Below, piece by piece: positions 26,933 to 36,313 of a stretch of 64,000 nucleotides of DNA. The stretch lies in IMG/VR virus record IMGVR_UViG_3300030099_002957. One strand, 5' to 3'. The notes beneath the pieces are model-generated. The model ran no database searches, was not told where the DNA came from, and worked only from the letters and a program-made list of their open reading frames with translations. The stretch is from an uncultured virus (IMG/VR IMGVR_UViG_3300030099_002957) (taxonomy: Duplodnaviria; Heunggongvirae; Uroviricota; Caudoviricetes). The first letter of the stretch is position 1, and every line of letters starts with the position of its first letter. The position numbers and the translations under genes are program-made.

Positions 26933-29140
26933 ATGAAAAAAATATTATTACTACTATTATTACCAATAATAACTTTTGCACAAAAAGAAGTTGTTATACA
27001 TATTAAAACAGATACATATCCAGGAGAAACTAAATGGACGTTGTATAAAGATGTTTATCAAGGTGATACTATAGATTATGTAGAGTATAATTATTATTCT
27101 ACACCAAACTATATGCATCGAGATACTTTGTATATATCTGATAGTATAACAGATATTTCTTTTGTAATATATGATTCTTATGGTGACGGTATAACTAATG
27201 GAGAATATTATGTAACTATCTGTGGTGATACAGTAGTTAATTATCCTGTAAGTACATTTACTACAGGGCTAATACATACTAGGGTTGTACCACAATGTAT
27301 GCCTCAACCTCCACCAATTCAGTTAGTTCCTGCTAAAGTTATAATAAACTTAGATCAATATCAAAGTGAAACTAGTTGGGATATTAAAGATACAAATGGA
27401 ATAATATATGCTTCTGGAGGTAATTATAATACACAGCCTGACTACGCTACAGTAGTTATACCTGTGCAAATACCTAAAGGAGATTTAGTTTTTACTATAT
27501 ATGATACGTATGGTGATGGTTTAAATGGAAGCCTATGGCAAGGACAAGATGGTTCGTATTTTATAAAACAATGTAATGATACATTAGTATATGGGACTGA
27601 TCCAGCTTTTGGAAATGATACATCACATGTATTTGTTTCTGATTCATGTCCTCCTATATTAGGGTGTACAGATGATGATTATGTAGAATGGAATCCGTTT
27701 GCTACAGTAGATGATGGAAGCTGTCAAACGTTAAAAATATTTGGATGTGTAGATAGTACTATGTACAACTATGATCCTAATGCAAACACAATGGAGCTTA
27801 TAGATACTTGTGAGTATACGTTAATACTACATGATCTTATGGGTAATGGTTGGGTTGGTTCTCATTTAAAATTAATACATCCTGATACATCGTATCAATT
27901 TACACATACAGGCGGTTTTAATGATGAATACCAAGTAGGGCTTACAGCACCAGATCCAGTCACCTTTAGATTTCATATATCGTCACAGGCTAGTTTAACA
28001 ACAATAGAATGTGGGTTTACATTTATAAATCCAGAAGGAGATACTTTAATAAGTATTATGCCTCCATTTATACAACCTTTATTACCATATAATATAATAA
28101 CTAATTGTGGTAATACTTGTGAAGAAAAAGTATATGGTTGTTTAGATTCATTGGCAATTAATTATGACGACGAAGCAAATACAGAAGATAGCAGCTGTTA
28201 CTATACACCTGGATGTATGAATTCTTCTTATTTGGAATATTATACACAGGGTTATACGGCAGACTATGACGATGGGACTTGCCAAACAGTAGCCGTGTGG
28301 GGCTGTATTGATTCTACAGCCTTCAACTATGACTCATTAGCAAACATAGACAATGGAGGATGTATACCTGTAGTGTTAGGATGTATGCAACCTTTAGCTT
28401 TTAATTATGATCCATTGGCAAACACCCCTGATACATGTATACCATATATTTATGGGTGTGTAGATCCAACGATGTTTAATTATGACTCTACAGCTAATGT
28501 GGATGACGGCTCTTGTATACCATTTGTATATGGATGTACAGACTCTACAATGTTTAATTTTAATCCTTTAGCAAATGCAGAATATAATCCTAGTAATTGT
28601 GTGCCTTATATTTATGGTTGTACCGATCCTTCTATGCTTAACTATAACCCGCAAGCAAACACAGAAAACTTTACTTGCATTCCTTATGTTTATGGTTGTA
28701 TGGATAGTACTGCTCTTAACTATGATTCACTGGCTAATACTGACAATGGTTCGTGTGTGGCTGTGGTTGAAGGTTGTATGGACAATGGTGCCTACAACTA
28801 TAATATACTTGCTAATGTTAATGATAGCAGTTCTTGCTTATATGACGCTGGTTGTGTCACTGGGGCGGGTATACCTTATTGGCTAAACGATCCTTGTTAT
28901 GCCTGGGTAATTGAGGTAGATGAGTACTGTTGTAATAACGAGTGGGATAGTGTGTGTGTATTAACATATGAACATTGTCAAAATAATTGGGTGGGACCTA
29001 TACCTAAAAGAGTAACAACTAAAAAATTAATAGGTATTACAGATCTTTTAGGAAGACCTGTAAATAATATAAACAATAAACTTCTATTATATATATATGA
29101 TGATGGAAGTGTAAATAGAAAAATAATAATAAATAAATAA
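26933..29140 (+). CDS. Secreted Cys-rich repeat protein with a T9SS-type C-terminal domain
   Basis: Signal MKKILLLLLLPIITFA|Q; two IYD[ST]YGDG domains; about 11 GCxD/GCMx..NY..AN repeats; ends KLIGITDLLGR..LLYIYDDGSVNRKIIINK. Confidence 0.8.
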   Translation: MKKILLLLLLPIITFAQKEVVIHIKTDTYPGETKWTLYKDVYQGDTIDYVEYNYYSTPNYMHRDTLYISDSITDISFVIYDSYGDGITNGEYYVTICGDTVVNYPVSTFTTGLIHTRVVPQCMPQPPPIQLVPAKVIINLDQYQSETSWDIKDTNGIIYASGGNYNTQPDYATVVIPVQIPKGDLVFTIYDTYGDGLNGSLWQGQDGSYFIKQCNDTLVYGTDPAFGNDTSHVFVSDSCPPILGCTDDDYVEWNPFATVDDGSCQTLKIFGCVDSTMYNYDPNANTMELIDTCEYTLILHDLMGNGWVGSHLKLIHPDTSYQFTHTGGFNDEYQVGLTAPDPVTFRFHISSQASLTTIECGFTFINPEGDTLISIMPPFIQPLLPYNIITNCGNTCEEKVYGCLDSLAINYDDEANTEDSSCYYTPGCMNSSYLEYYTQGYTADYDDGTCQTVAVWGCIDSTAFNYDSLANIDNGGCIPVVLGCMQPLAFNYDPLANTPDTCIPYIYGCVDPTMFNYDSTANVDDGSCIPFVYGCTDSTMFNFNPLANAEYNPSNCVPYIYGCTDPSMLNYNPQANTENFTCIPYVYGCMDSTALNYDSLANTDNGSCVAVVEGCMDNGAYNYNILANVNDSSSCLYDAGCVTGAGIPYWLNDPCYAWVIEVDEYCCNNEWDSVCVLTYEHCQNNWVGPIPKRVTTKKLIGITDLLGRPVNNINNKLLLYIYDDGSVNRKIIINK

Positions 29141-29148
29141 ATAATAAT

Positions 29149-29517
29149 ATGGCAACATTAATCGCAAAATTAACACTAACAAGTAATAACGCTACAAGCG
29201 ATGCTTTAAACTTAACAGTAACAGATACTTTAACAACTGCTAACCCAACACAGGGATTAACAAGAGTTAGTATTGCTTCTGGAGACTCTCTATCAATTAT
29301 AGCTGCGTCTGGTACAGGCTCTGTATATTTATATGCAAAAAATACTAATACTGCTGGTTCTGGAAAATTAATTTTAGCAAATGCAGCGGGGCAGGGTTTT
29401 GGAGTATTAAATAATGAGGAGTATGCATTTTTCCCAATTGATAAAGCTAAAGGATTTAACTTTGAAGCAAATACAGCAGATGTAGTAGTTGAGTATGGAT
29501 ATTTTACTAAAGGGTAA
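29149..29517 (+). CDS. Small beta-rich virion protein
   Basis: MATLIAKLTLTS..VYLYAKNT..EYAFFP..VVVEYGYF. Confidence 0.6.
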   Translation: MATLIAKLTLTSNNATSDALNLTVTDTLTTANPTQGLTRVSIASGDSLSIIAASGTGSVYLYAKNTNTAGSGKLILANAAGQGFGVLNNEEYAFFPIDKAKGFNFEANTADVVVEYGYFTKG

Positions 29518-29521
29518 ATAG

Positions 29522-30010
29522 ATGGAAAGAATAAGTAAACATATAAGCTGGAAAGAGGGTACTTATAGCAGGACAGGCGAAAGGCTGGATTTAGACAACA
29601 CTCCTAACGAGGATCAAATAAAATGTATGAAAGAAGTTGCAGAAAACTTGTTTGAACCATTAAGAGAATGGGTTGGAGGTCCTATAAAAATTAATAGTTT
29701 TTTTAGAGGAAAACCTGTCAATACAGCTATTGGGGGATCTAAAACCTCACAACATATGAAAGGTCAAGCTATAGATATAGATGATACTTTTGGACATAAA
29801 ACAAATGCAGAGATGTATCATTATATAAAAGATAATTTAGACTTTGATCAAATGGTGTGGGAGTTTGGTGGTGAATATCCTGACGGTAATCCTAACTGGG
29901 TTCATATTAGTTGGGTGTCACACAGACCTAATAGAAAGCAAGAAGTTATTGCTATTAAGAAAAACGGTAAAACTAAATATATAAAAGATATTGAAAATTA
30001 TATAAAGTGA
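29522..30010 (+). CDS. Peptidase M15A-family endolysin
   Basis: INSFFR..NTAIGGSKTSQHMKGQAIDID..WVHIS Zn-binding motifs. Confidence 0.88.
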   Translation: MERISKHISWKEGTYSRTGERLDLDNTPNEDQIKCMKEVAENLFEPLREWVGGPIKINSFFRGKPVNTAIGGSKTSQHMKGQAIDIDDTFGHKTNAEMYHYIKDNLDFDQMVWEFGGEYPDGNPNWVHISWVSHRPNRKQEVIAIKKNGKTKYIKDIENYIK

Positions 30011-30984
30011 AAAGGATCGGCCAACATATAGTAGATTTTATATCTAGATTTCGTAGTGATGTTTACCTAGATGATATAAGCACTGGGACTATTGCTAGTG
30101 GTGGTAATTTAGGTTTAGACTCGAATAATAAGATAGTAAAAAATACTGTAGGTGGAGGAGGTACAACAGATTTAACTAGTGATGTTAGTGGTGTACTACC
30201 TGTAGCAAATGGTGGTACTGGACAAAACGCTTTAAGTAATGTGTCTATAAGTTCTTTTAATAATGATTCTGGTTTTACTGCTAACATAGGAGATGTAACA
30301 GCTGTTAAGCTTGTTACAGATTCTGGTAATGCTGATTGTATAGGTTCTTCTGGTAATTTAACTTTTAATATTTTAGGTGGTGAAGGTGTAGATGTTACTA
30401 ATTCTGGAACAACTATAACTGTGGCTGGGGAGGAAGCGTCTACTTCTAATAAAGGTGTAGCTAGTTTTAATACAGAAGATTTTTCTGTAAGCTCAGGGGC
30501 TGTTAGTTTAGCGCAACAAAAAAGAATGAGGTTTGTATCAGCTAATATGAAAGGACCGCACGGAACTAGTGAAACTTTTATACCTTTGTCTGGTGTTCCA
30601 GATGAGAAAACAGGATTTACTAATGAGCAGGTTGTATTACTTATGCCAACTGGAGGACATGTTAGAGAGATTATGATAAGAGCACATTACGGAACATACA
30701 CTTCTGAAAATATAACAATAAAAGTTTATACAAGACCTGGTAATAAAAAAATGAATGGTAGTGGTCAAGTTGGTAGTGACATAACTGTTGCGGCTCCAAC
30801 TCAAAATGGAACAGATGATAACAACACTAGAAAAACTGGAGATTTAGGAACATCATATCCATTTAATCAAAATGATTCTTTGGGTATTAGTTTTACCTGG
30901 GCTAGCACTGGACCTACAGCTAATAGTGATAAAACTTACATAACTGTAGTTTTAGAAGAGGACTTAACAGATTTAGGATACTAA
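30007..30984 (+). CDS. Putative tail fibre-type protein
   Basis: GTG start; VSGVLPVANGGTG, FNNDSGF and ASTSNKGVASF..FSVSSGAVSL fibre motifs. Confidence 0.7.
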   Translation: MKRIGQHIVDFISRFRSDVYLDDISTGTIASGGNLGLDSNNKIVKNTVGGGGTTDLTSDVSGVLPVANGGTGQNALSNVSISSFNNDSGFTANIGDVTAVKLVTDSGNADCIGSSGNLTFNILGGEGVDVTNSGTTITVAGEEASTSNKGVASFNTEDFSVSSGAVSLAQQKRMRFVSANMKGPHGTSETFIPLSGVPDEKTGFTNEQVVLLMPTGGHVREIMIRAHYGTYTSENITIKVYTRPGNKKMNGSGQVGSDITVAAPTQNGTDDNNTRKTGDLGTSYPFNQNDSLGISFTWASTGPTANSDKTYITVVLEEDLTDLGY

Positions 30985-30985
30985 T

Positions 30986-31489
30986 ATGGAAGGAGTTGAA
31001 ATATATAAAAGTATAAGTGGTAATACAGCTACAAGGCTAGATTTAATGACTACTAAGGAGTATAACTACAATAGAATATCTATTTGTAATACACATGCAA
31101 CTGATGACGTGAGTGTAGATTTATATTTATCATATGTTACTAACGAGCGTGGAGAGTATAAAATAGCTGTAGAAAATGACTATAGTGATTTAGAACAATT
31201 TACTGAGGATTACTATATTTTAAAAAATTGTTTAGTACCTTATGGTAGCACAGTAATTTTAAACGAAGAAGATTTTTATATAAACAATTTAAAATATAGA
31301 TTATATATAAAATTAAGTGGAGCTAGTAGCTCTGTAGATATAATGATTTTTGATTTACAAAAAAGTATGTCTATTAAAAGAAATGGTGATAGATACAAAG
31401 AAGATGTTGCACATAAAAAATTAAACAGGAGGCTTGGCGGTAGGACAAATCCAGTTACTGGTGGTTCTATGGGGTCAGGCAGTTATTAA
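30986..31489 (+). CDS. Putative small virion protein
   Basis: ISICNTHATDDVSVDLY..YYILKN..VPYGSTVIL beta-sandwich pattern. Confidence 0.55.
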   Translation: MEGVEIYKSISGNTATRLDLMTTKEYNYNRISICNTHATDDVSVDLYLSYVTNERGEYKIAVENDYSDLEQFTEDYYILKNCLVPYGSTVILNEEDFYINNLKYRLYIKLSGASSSVDIMIFDLQKSMSIKRNGDRYKEDVAHKKLNRRLGGRTNPVTGGSMGSGSY

Positions 31490-31503
31490 TAAAAACAAAA
31501 ATT

Positions 31504-31890
31504 ATGTTAGATAAAATATTTGCCGGAGGGGCAGCAGAATTAGTAAAAGGTGTAGGTGGTGTTATAGATAATTTACATACATCTAAAGAAGAAAAGCTTG
31601 AGGCTGAAAAACAAATAAAAGATATGATAATGGGTTACGAGGCAGAAATGCAAAAACAAGTAACTGAAAGATGGGGTATGGATATGAAATCTGATTCATG
31701 GCTCAGTAAAAACATAAGACCTTTAGTACTTATATTTTTAGTAGTAGCAACAGTATTATTAATATTTATTGATGCTGGTGTTATTGCTTTTGAAGTAAAA
31801 AATACTTGGGTTGATTTATTACAACTAGTATTGATAACAGTGATTGGAGCTTACTTTGGCGGTAGATCACTAGAAAAAGTAAAAAAATAA
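31504..31890 (+). CDS. Holin (GTA 3TM-type)
   Basis: IDNLHTSKEEK..RWGMDMKSDSWLSKNIRPLVL, TM helices, GAYFGGRSLEK. Confidence 0.8.
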   Translation: MLDKIFAGGAAELVKGVGGVIDNLHTSKEEKLEAEKQIKDMIMGYEAEMQKQVTERWGMDMKSDSWLSKNIRPLVLIFLVVATVLLIFIDAGVIAFEVKNTWVDLLQLVLITVIGAYFGGRSLEKVKK

Positions 31891-31891
31891 A

Positions 31892-32590
31892 ATGACATTA
31901 GACGAGATAGCATATAATCTTTTAAATCTTGTTAGGGGTGGTAGATCTAATAATGATGAACATATATCATTAGATCAAATTAAATTTAACATTATGCATT
32001 ATAGAGCAATGTTTATTAGAAGAGACCACGCTAAAAATGGATTTACAAGTAGACACATAGAACAAGACTTAGGATGCGTTATGATAAAACCAGTTGACGC
32101 AAGTAAATGCTGTGACTTAAATACAGATTGTCCTGTATACAGAACAGTAAAACCTATACCTAAAACTATTAGATATAACTTTGAAGAAGCTATCTCTCAC
32201 GTTGGAGATATAACAGGATTTGGAACTATACCTATGGTAAATTCTAATACAATACGATGGTTACCTTATGATAAGTATACAAAAGGTAAAATGAAAGCAT
32301 ACATGATAGCAAATTTTTTATACATATATAATGCACAAGGAATAGAAGCTATTAATGTTAGGGGTGTTTTTGAGGACCCTAGAGAAGTGTCTGAGTTTGA
32401 TCAGTGTGATGGCGGTGGTTGCTATGATGATAGTAAGCATCCTTATCCAATATCAGCAGACATGTTAAGTTTAATAAACTCTGGACTTGTGTCTGGAGAA
32501 TTGCAATTATTGTCAGGATCATTTAGTGACACAGAGAATGATAGAATGCAAGATCAAAAAACAGTTAGGGGAGTAGCCCCAAAAAAATAA
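31892..32590 (+). CDS. Putative tail ring protein (crAss-type)
   Basis: MTLDEIAY..SLDQIKF..YRAMFIRR..YLY-like LYIY..INVRGVFEDP..YPIS. Confidence 0.7.
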   Translation: MTLDEIAYNLLNLVRGGRSNNDEHISLDQIKFNIMHYRAMFIRRDHAKNGFTSRHIEQDLGCVMIKPVDASKCCDLNTDCPVYRTVKPIPKTIRYNFEEAISHVGDITGFGTIPMVNSNTIRWLPYDKYTKGKMKAYMIANFLYIYNAQGIEAINVRGVFEDPREVSEFDQCDGGGCYDDSKHPYPISADMLSLINSGLVSGELQLLSGSFSDTENDRMQDQKTVRGVAPKK

Positions 32591-32608
32591 TTTTAAAATA
32601 ATATAACA

Positions 32609-33913
32609 ATGAAAAAAATGATGTATAAAAAAGCAGGTAAAAAGATGAAAAAAGGTGGCAAGTCATCTTTTGGTATGCTAAGTGTAAAAGCAGGATATGA
32701 TAATAATCCTAACCCTACTGCTGCCGATAGAATTGTTGGGGCTAAAAAGAATAAAATGAAAAAAGGAGGTAAGAAAAAAATGATGAGTTATGGTATGGGA
32801 GGTAAGAAAAAAATGGGCTACAATATGGGAGGTATGCAACAAACTACTCCTCCAGCAGCTTCTTTTATAGAACCACCAATTGAACAACCTTTTATGCAAC
32901 AACCTATGGCTCAACAAAACCCAGCAGAGTTTACAGCTAAAAAAGGAGGTAAAAGAAAGAAGTCAAAAAAAGGAATGGGTGGTAAAAAAATGATGACGTA
33001 TAAAAAAGGTGGAGTAAAGAAAGAAAATGGAGGAGAAGATGAAAACCTTTCTATGAGGGAGTTAAGAAAAAAACAAAGAGAAGAGAGAAGAGAGGCTCGT
33101 AGAAATAGACGTTCAGATAGAAAAGCAGATAGAGAAGCTGTTAGAACATTAAAAAGAACTTCTAGGCTAAAGAGAAGAGACAAGATAAATGATGCAGGAG
33201 AAGAAACAGGAATGACTAGATCTGAAAGAAGAATGGATAGAAGAGCTACAAGAAGAGCTTCTAGAACATTTAGAAAGCAAGAAAGACAAGCTAGAAGAAC
33301 AGCAAGAAAAGATATGAGGGCTAAACAAAGATCTGAAAGATCAGATTTAAGAACTAGAAGAAAAGCAGCTCAAGATAAATTAACTCAAGATAAATTAGAC
33401 AAGTTAAATAAATCTGAAAGCTCTTCTGTTAAGCCGGCACCAGTTAAAAAAGATACTACACCTAAGACGAATACAGATAATAAACCAAAAACTGAAGAGA
33501 AAAAAACAGAAACTAAAAAAGTTACTAATCATGGTGTAACTAATGACATGTCTTTTAGTAAAGCATTTAGAACAGCTCGTGATTCTCACGGAGGTAAGGG
33601 TGGTGTATTTACTTGGAAAGGTAAAAAATATCATACCGGACTAAAAGAAGAAATGAAGAAAAAACAAACGGAAGAGGAAAGAAAAAAAGAATTACAAGGA
33701 GATAAAGGAAAAGAAAAGAAAAAGGACGAAACTCCAATTAAACAAAAACAAAAGACAAGCACTACGCCAAAAACTAAAGAGCAACATGCAAATCAAGGAA
33801 CAACATATAATAGGAAAAAAGCTCCTGTTGGTAATGAAGTTTTGATGAGTGGTCCTAAATATAAAAAAGGAGGTTACAAAATGGGGTACAGAAGAAGAGG
33901 CGGTAGAAAATAA
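32609..33913 (+). CDS. Extremely basic Lys/Arg-rich protein with many xxGG motifs (putative DNA-condensing core protein)
   Basis: MKKGG, YGMGG, YNMGG, AKKGG, YKKGG, KENGG; Arg-rich helical block; SFSKAFRTAR..FTWKGKKYHT domain. Confidence 0.7.
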   Translation: MKKMMYKKAGKKMKKGGKSSFGMLSVKAGYDNNPNPTAADRIVGAKKNKMKKGGKKKMMSYGMGGKKKMGYNMGGMQQTTPPAASFIEPPIEQPFMQQPMAQQNPAEFTAKKGGKRKKSKKGMGGKKMMTYKKGGVKKENGGEDENLSMRELRKKQREERREARRNRRSDRKADREAVRTLKRTSRLKRRDKINDAGEETGMTRSERRMDRRATRRASRTFRKQERQARRTARKDMRAKQRSERSDLRTRRKAAQDKLTQDKLDKLNKSESSSVKPAPVKKDTTPKTNTDNKPKTEEKKTETKKVTNHGVTNDMSFSKAFRTARDSHGGKGGVFTWKGKKYHTGLKEEMKKKQTEEERKKELQGDKGKEKKKDETPIKQKQKTSTTPKTKEQHANQGTTYNRKKAPVGNEVLMSGPKYKKGGYKMGYRRRGGRK

Positions 33914-34383
33914 TGCACAATTTAAAAGAAATATATGAAGATTACTGTAAAGTAAACGGAGACATAGACAAGGAACTATTTACTAATATATGTCACGAGT
34001 TTAACATTATGATAATGGATTATATTTTAGACGGTAAAGAGTTTAATATGGGAAATAATTTATCAACCTTATCTATTACTAGGAGAGACAGAGACCCTAG
34101 ATCTCCTAGAATAGATTGGGGTGAAAGTAATAAATATAAAAAAGAACTATTAGATGATGGTAAAGCTTTATATGATCCTATAACAGAACTTGGAACTAAA
34201 TGGCATATCTATCATACTGATGAGTTTTATTGTAGGTATTACTGGAGAAAAGGTAAGTGTAAAGTACCTAATAAATCTGTATATAGATTTGATGCTACAC
34301 GAGGTATAAAAGGAAACAAAGAAAAGTTAATTAATCTTTTAAAAGAAGATGACTTAGCTTATTTAAAATTTAAAAAACAATAA
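33913..34383 (+). CDS. IHF-like protein typical of the crAss tail module
   Basis: ICHEFN..ILDGKEFNMGNNLSTLSI..IDWGES..YYWRK..YRFDATR; just upstream of the tail tube gene. Confidence 0.65.
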   Translation: MHNLKEIYEDYCKVNGDIDKELFTNICHEFNIMIMDYILDGKEFNMGNNLSTLSITRRDRDPRSPRIDWGESNKYKKELLDDGKALYDPITELGTKWHIYHTDEFYCRYYWRKGKCKVPNKSVYRFDATRGIKGNKEKLINLLKEDDLAYLKFKKQ

Positions 34384-34384
34384 C

Positions 34385-34951
34385 ATGTCTGATAAAAAAA
34401 GAAAAAGAAAAGTTACTAAGGGGTATGTTAAAGATGCTAGATCTAAAAAAGTAGTTAAAACAAATAGAAGAGGGACAACTACTACTAAAGAAAAAGTTGA
34501 TCAGTACAACAAACAGTATCTAGGTCGTGACCCTGAAAACATTAAATATAATGATAAAAACATTTGGTCAAGAAGATTTAAATCTAAAGTAAACAAAGAG
34601 GGAGAAGAAACTAAACGTAAAGAAAAAATTGTTTTTGATGATGGAAATCAAATGACAAAGCGTACACAACGTAAAGTTAGATTTGGTAAAAATAAAGGTA
34701 AAATAAAAATAAAAACTGTGAACTATAATAGAGGTAAGAAAACTAAAGATGTAAAGTATGCAGATAAAACAGATCAAATGATGCTTAAGAAAGGAGGAAA
34801 GAGAAAAGGATCTGATGGTAAAGCGTGTTGGAAAGGTTATTACTATGCAGGTTACGATGCTAAGAATAAAAAAGACATCTGTAAGCCTATAAAGAAAAAA
34901 GAAATGGGCGGATTCTTAGAAGGACCTACACCACTATTATTTGAAGATTAA
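34385..34951 (+). CDS. Lys-rich basic protein with xxGG motifs
   Basis: LKKGG; ACWKGYYYAG..C mini-domain; C-terminal KEMGGFLEGPTPLLFED. Confidence 0.7.
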   Translation: MSDKKRKRKVTKGYVKDARSKKVVKTNRRGTTTTKEKVDQYNKQYLGRDPENIKYNDKNIWSRRFKSKVNKEGEETKRKEKIVFDDGNQMTKRTQRKVRFGKNKGKIKIKTVNYNRGKKTKDVKYADKTDQMMLKKGGKRKGSDGKACWKGYYYAGYDAKNKKDICKPIKKKEMGGFLEGPTPLLFED

Positions 34952-34955
34952 AGCT

Positions 34956-35429
34956 ATGAGTAAATATCACATAACAAGAGACGGTAAAAAAGCTAGAAAA
35001 GGTTTATGGTACTACATGAACAAAAGAAAGAAAAGTGGTACATCTAGACCTGGAAAAGGAACTGTATCTGATGAAGCTATAGAAAAGTCTAGTAAAAAAG
35101 ATGGAGGAGCTTGGACTAGAAAAGAGGGTCAGAATCCTACAGGAGGTTTAAATGCAAAAGGACGTGCATCATTAAAAGCTAAAGGTCAAAACATAAAAGC
35201 GCCTGTAACTGAAGATAACCCTAAAGGTAAAAGAAAAGCTAGAAAAAAATCTTTTTGTGCTAGAATGAGGGGTATGCGTAAGAGACAAAAGAAGAGCAAT
35301 AATACAGGTAAGGATAGATTAAGCTTATCATTAAAAAAATGGAAGTGTAGAGATGGAGGGCCTTGTGGTCCTAATGCATATAAAACAGGAGGATTTTTAG
35401 AGCCTGCAATACCAAACATATTTGAATAA
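34956..35429 (+). CDS. Basic protein (DUF6321-like) with xxGG motifs
   Basis: AWTRKEGQNPTGGLNAKGRAS..RKKSFCARM..SLKKWKC; C-terminal YKTGGFLEPAIPNIFE; ATG at 34956. Confidence 0.7.
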   Translation: MSKYHITRDGKKARKGLWYYMNKRKKSGTSRPGKGTVSDEAIEKSSKKDGGAWTRKEGQNPTGGLNAKGRASLKAKGQNIKAPVTEDNPKGKRKARKKSFCARMRGMRKRQKKSNNTGKDRLSLSLKKWKCRDGGPCGPNAYKTGGFLEPAIPNIFE

Positions 35430-36313
35430 TGAGTATATATAAAACAATATCAAGCAAAACAGTAATTAGAAAAATATTTAGAGATCTTAAACCTGATAGA
35501 GATAACTGGATAGATGATGCTATAGAGTGGATAGGAGAAGCTTTAGAGCACATTGGAGCAGCTGCACAGTTGTGTCAAAAACAATGTGTGTTAGAGGTTA
35601 AAGACCACAAAGCTCTAATGCCTACAGATTTATATTACATAAATCAAGTAGCAATAAATAATTCTGTATCACCAAAAACAAAACAAGAGTTAGATACTTT
35701 ATTAACTAAGGTAAAAGAATTACAACAAAATATAATTGATGCGCAAGCTGATGGTTTAGAATATTCTAGTACTACAGTAGCATTAAATGAAATAAATAAT
35801 AGAATTGTTGTTTTAGAAAATATTTATTTTAAAGATAGTAATCAACTACAACCTTTACAATATGGTGCTGCTACTTTCCACAGAAGCATGCATTGTGATG
35901 ATTGTGTTAATGAGAATACGCACTATGAAGAAACCTATATTGTAGATTGTGACTATATAAAAACTTCTTTTGAGACTGGTAAAATTTGTATAAGCTATAT
36001 GGCTTTTCCTACAGACGAAGAATGTTTTCCATTAGTACCACAAGACATTAGTTATCAAGAAGCTTTGTTTTGGTACATATATAAGCAAATATTATTAAGC
36101 ACACCAAGGTTTAAAAACAATGGTATAGATTATAATTTTGCAGATTCTAAATGGAAATACTACTGCACACAAGCTAGAAATGCAGCTAATTATCCAGACA
36201 TAGATAAATACGAGTCTTACATGAATCAATGGGTAAGAATGATACCAAACATTAACAGACATGATTTAGGTTTTGAACAATTAAATACAAGAGAAGATTT
36301 ATATAGAGGCTAA
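35429..36313 (+). CDS. Tail tubular/ring 1 protein
   Basis: IEWIGEALEHIG..YIKTSFETGKICISY..PLVP..EALFWYI..WKYYCTQAR; precedes the muzzle gene. Confidence 0.8.
   Translation: MSIYKTISSKTVIRKIFRDLKPDRDNWIDDAIEWIGEALEHIGAAAQLCQKQCVLEVKDHKALMPTDLYYINQVAINNSVSPKTKQELDTLLTKVKELQQNIIDAQADGLEYSSTTVALNEINNRIVVLENIYFKDSNQLQPLQYGAATFHRSMHCDDCVNENTHYEETYIVDCDYIKTSFETGKICISYMAFPTDEECFPLVPQDISYQEALFWYIYKQILLSTPRFKNNGIDYNFADSKWKYYCTQARNAANYPDIDKYESYMNQWVRMIPNINRHDLGFEQLNTREDLYRG

Noticed and set aside
27660..28830. CRISPR array or DGR-like repeats
   Set aside because: Repeats are degenerate at DNA level and in frame, i.e. protein repeats; no identical direct repeats, no reverse transcriptase, no adenine-specific TR/VR pair seen
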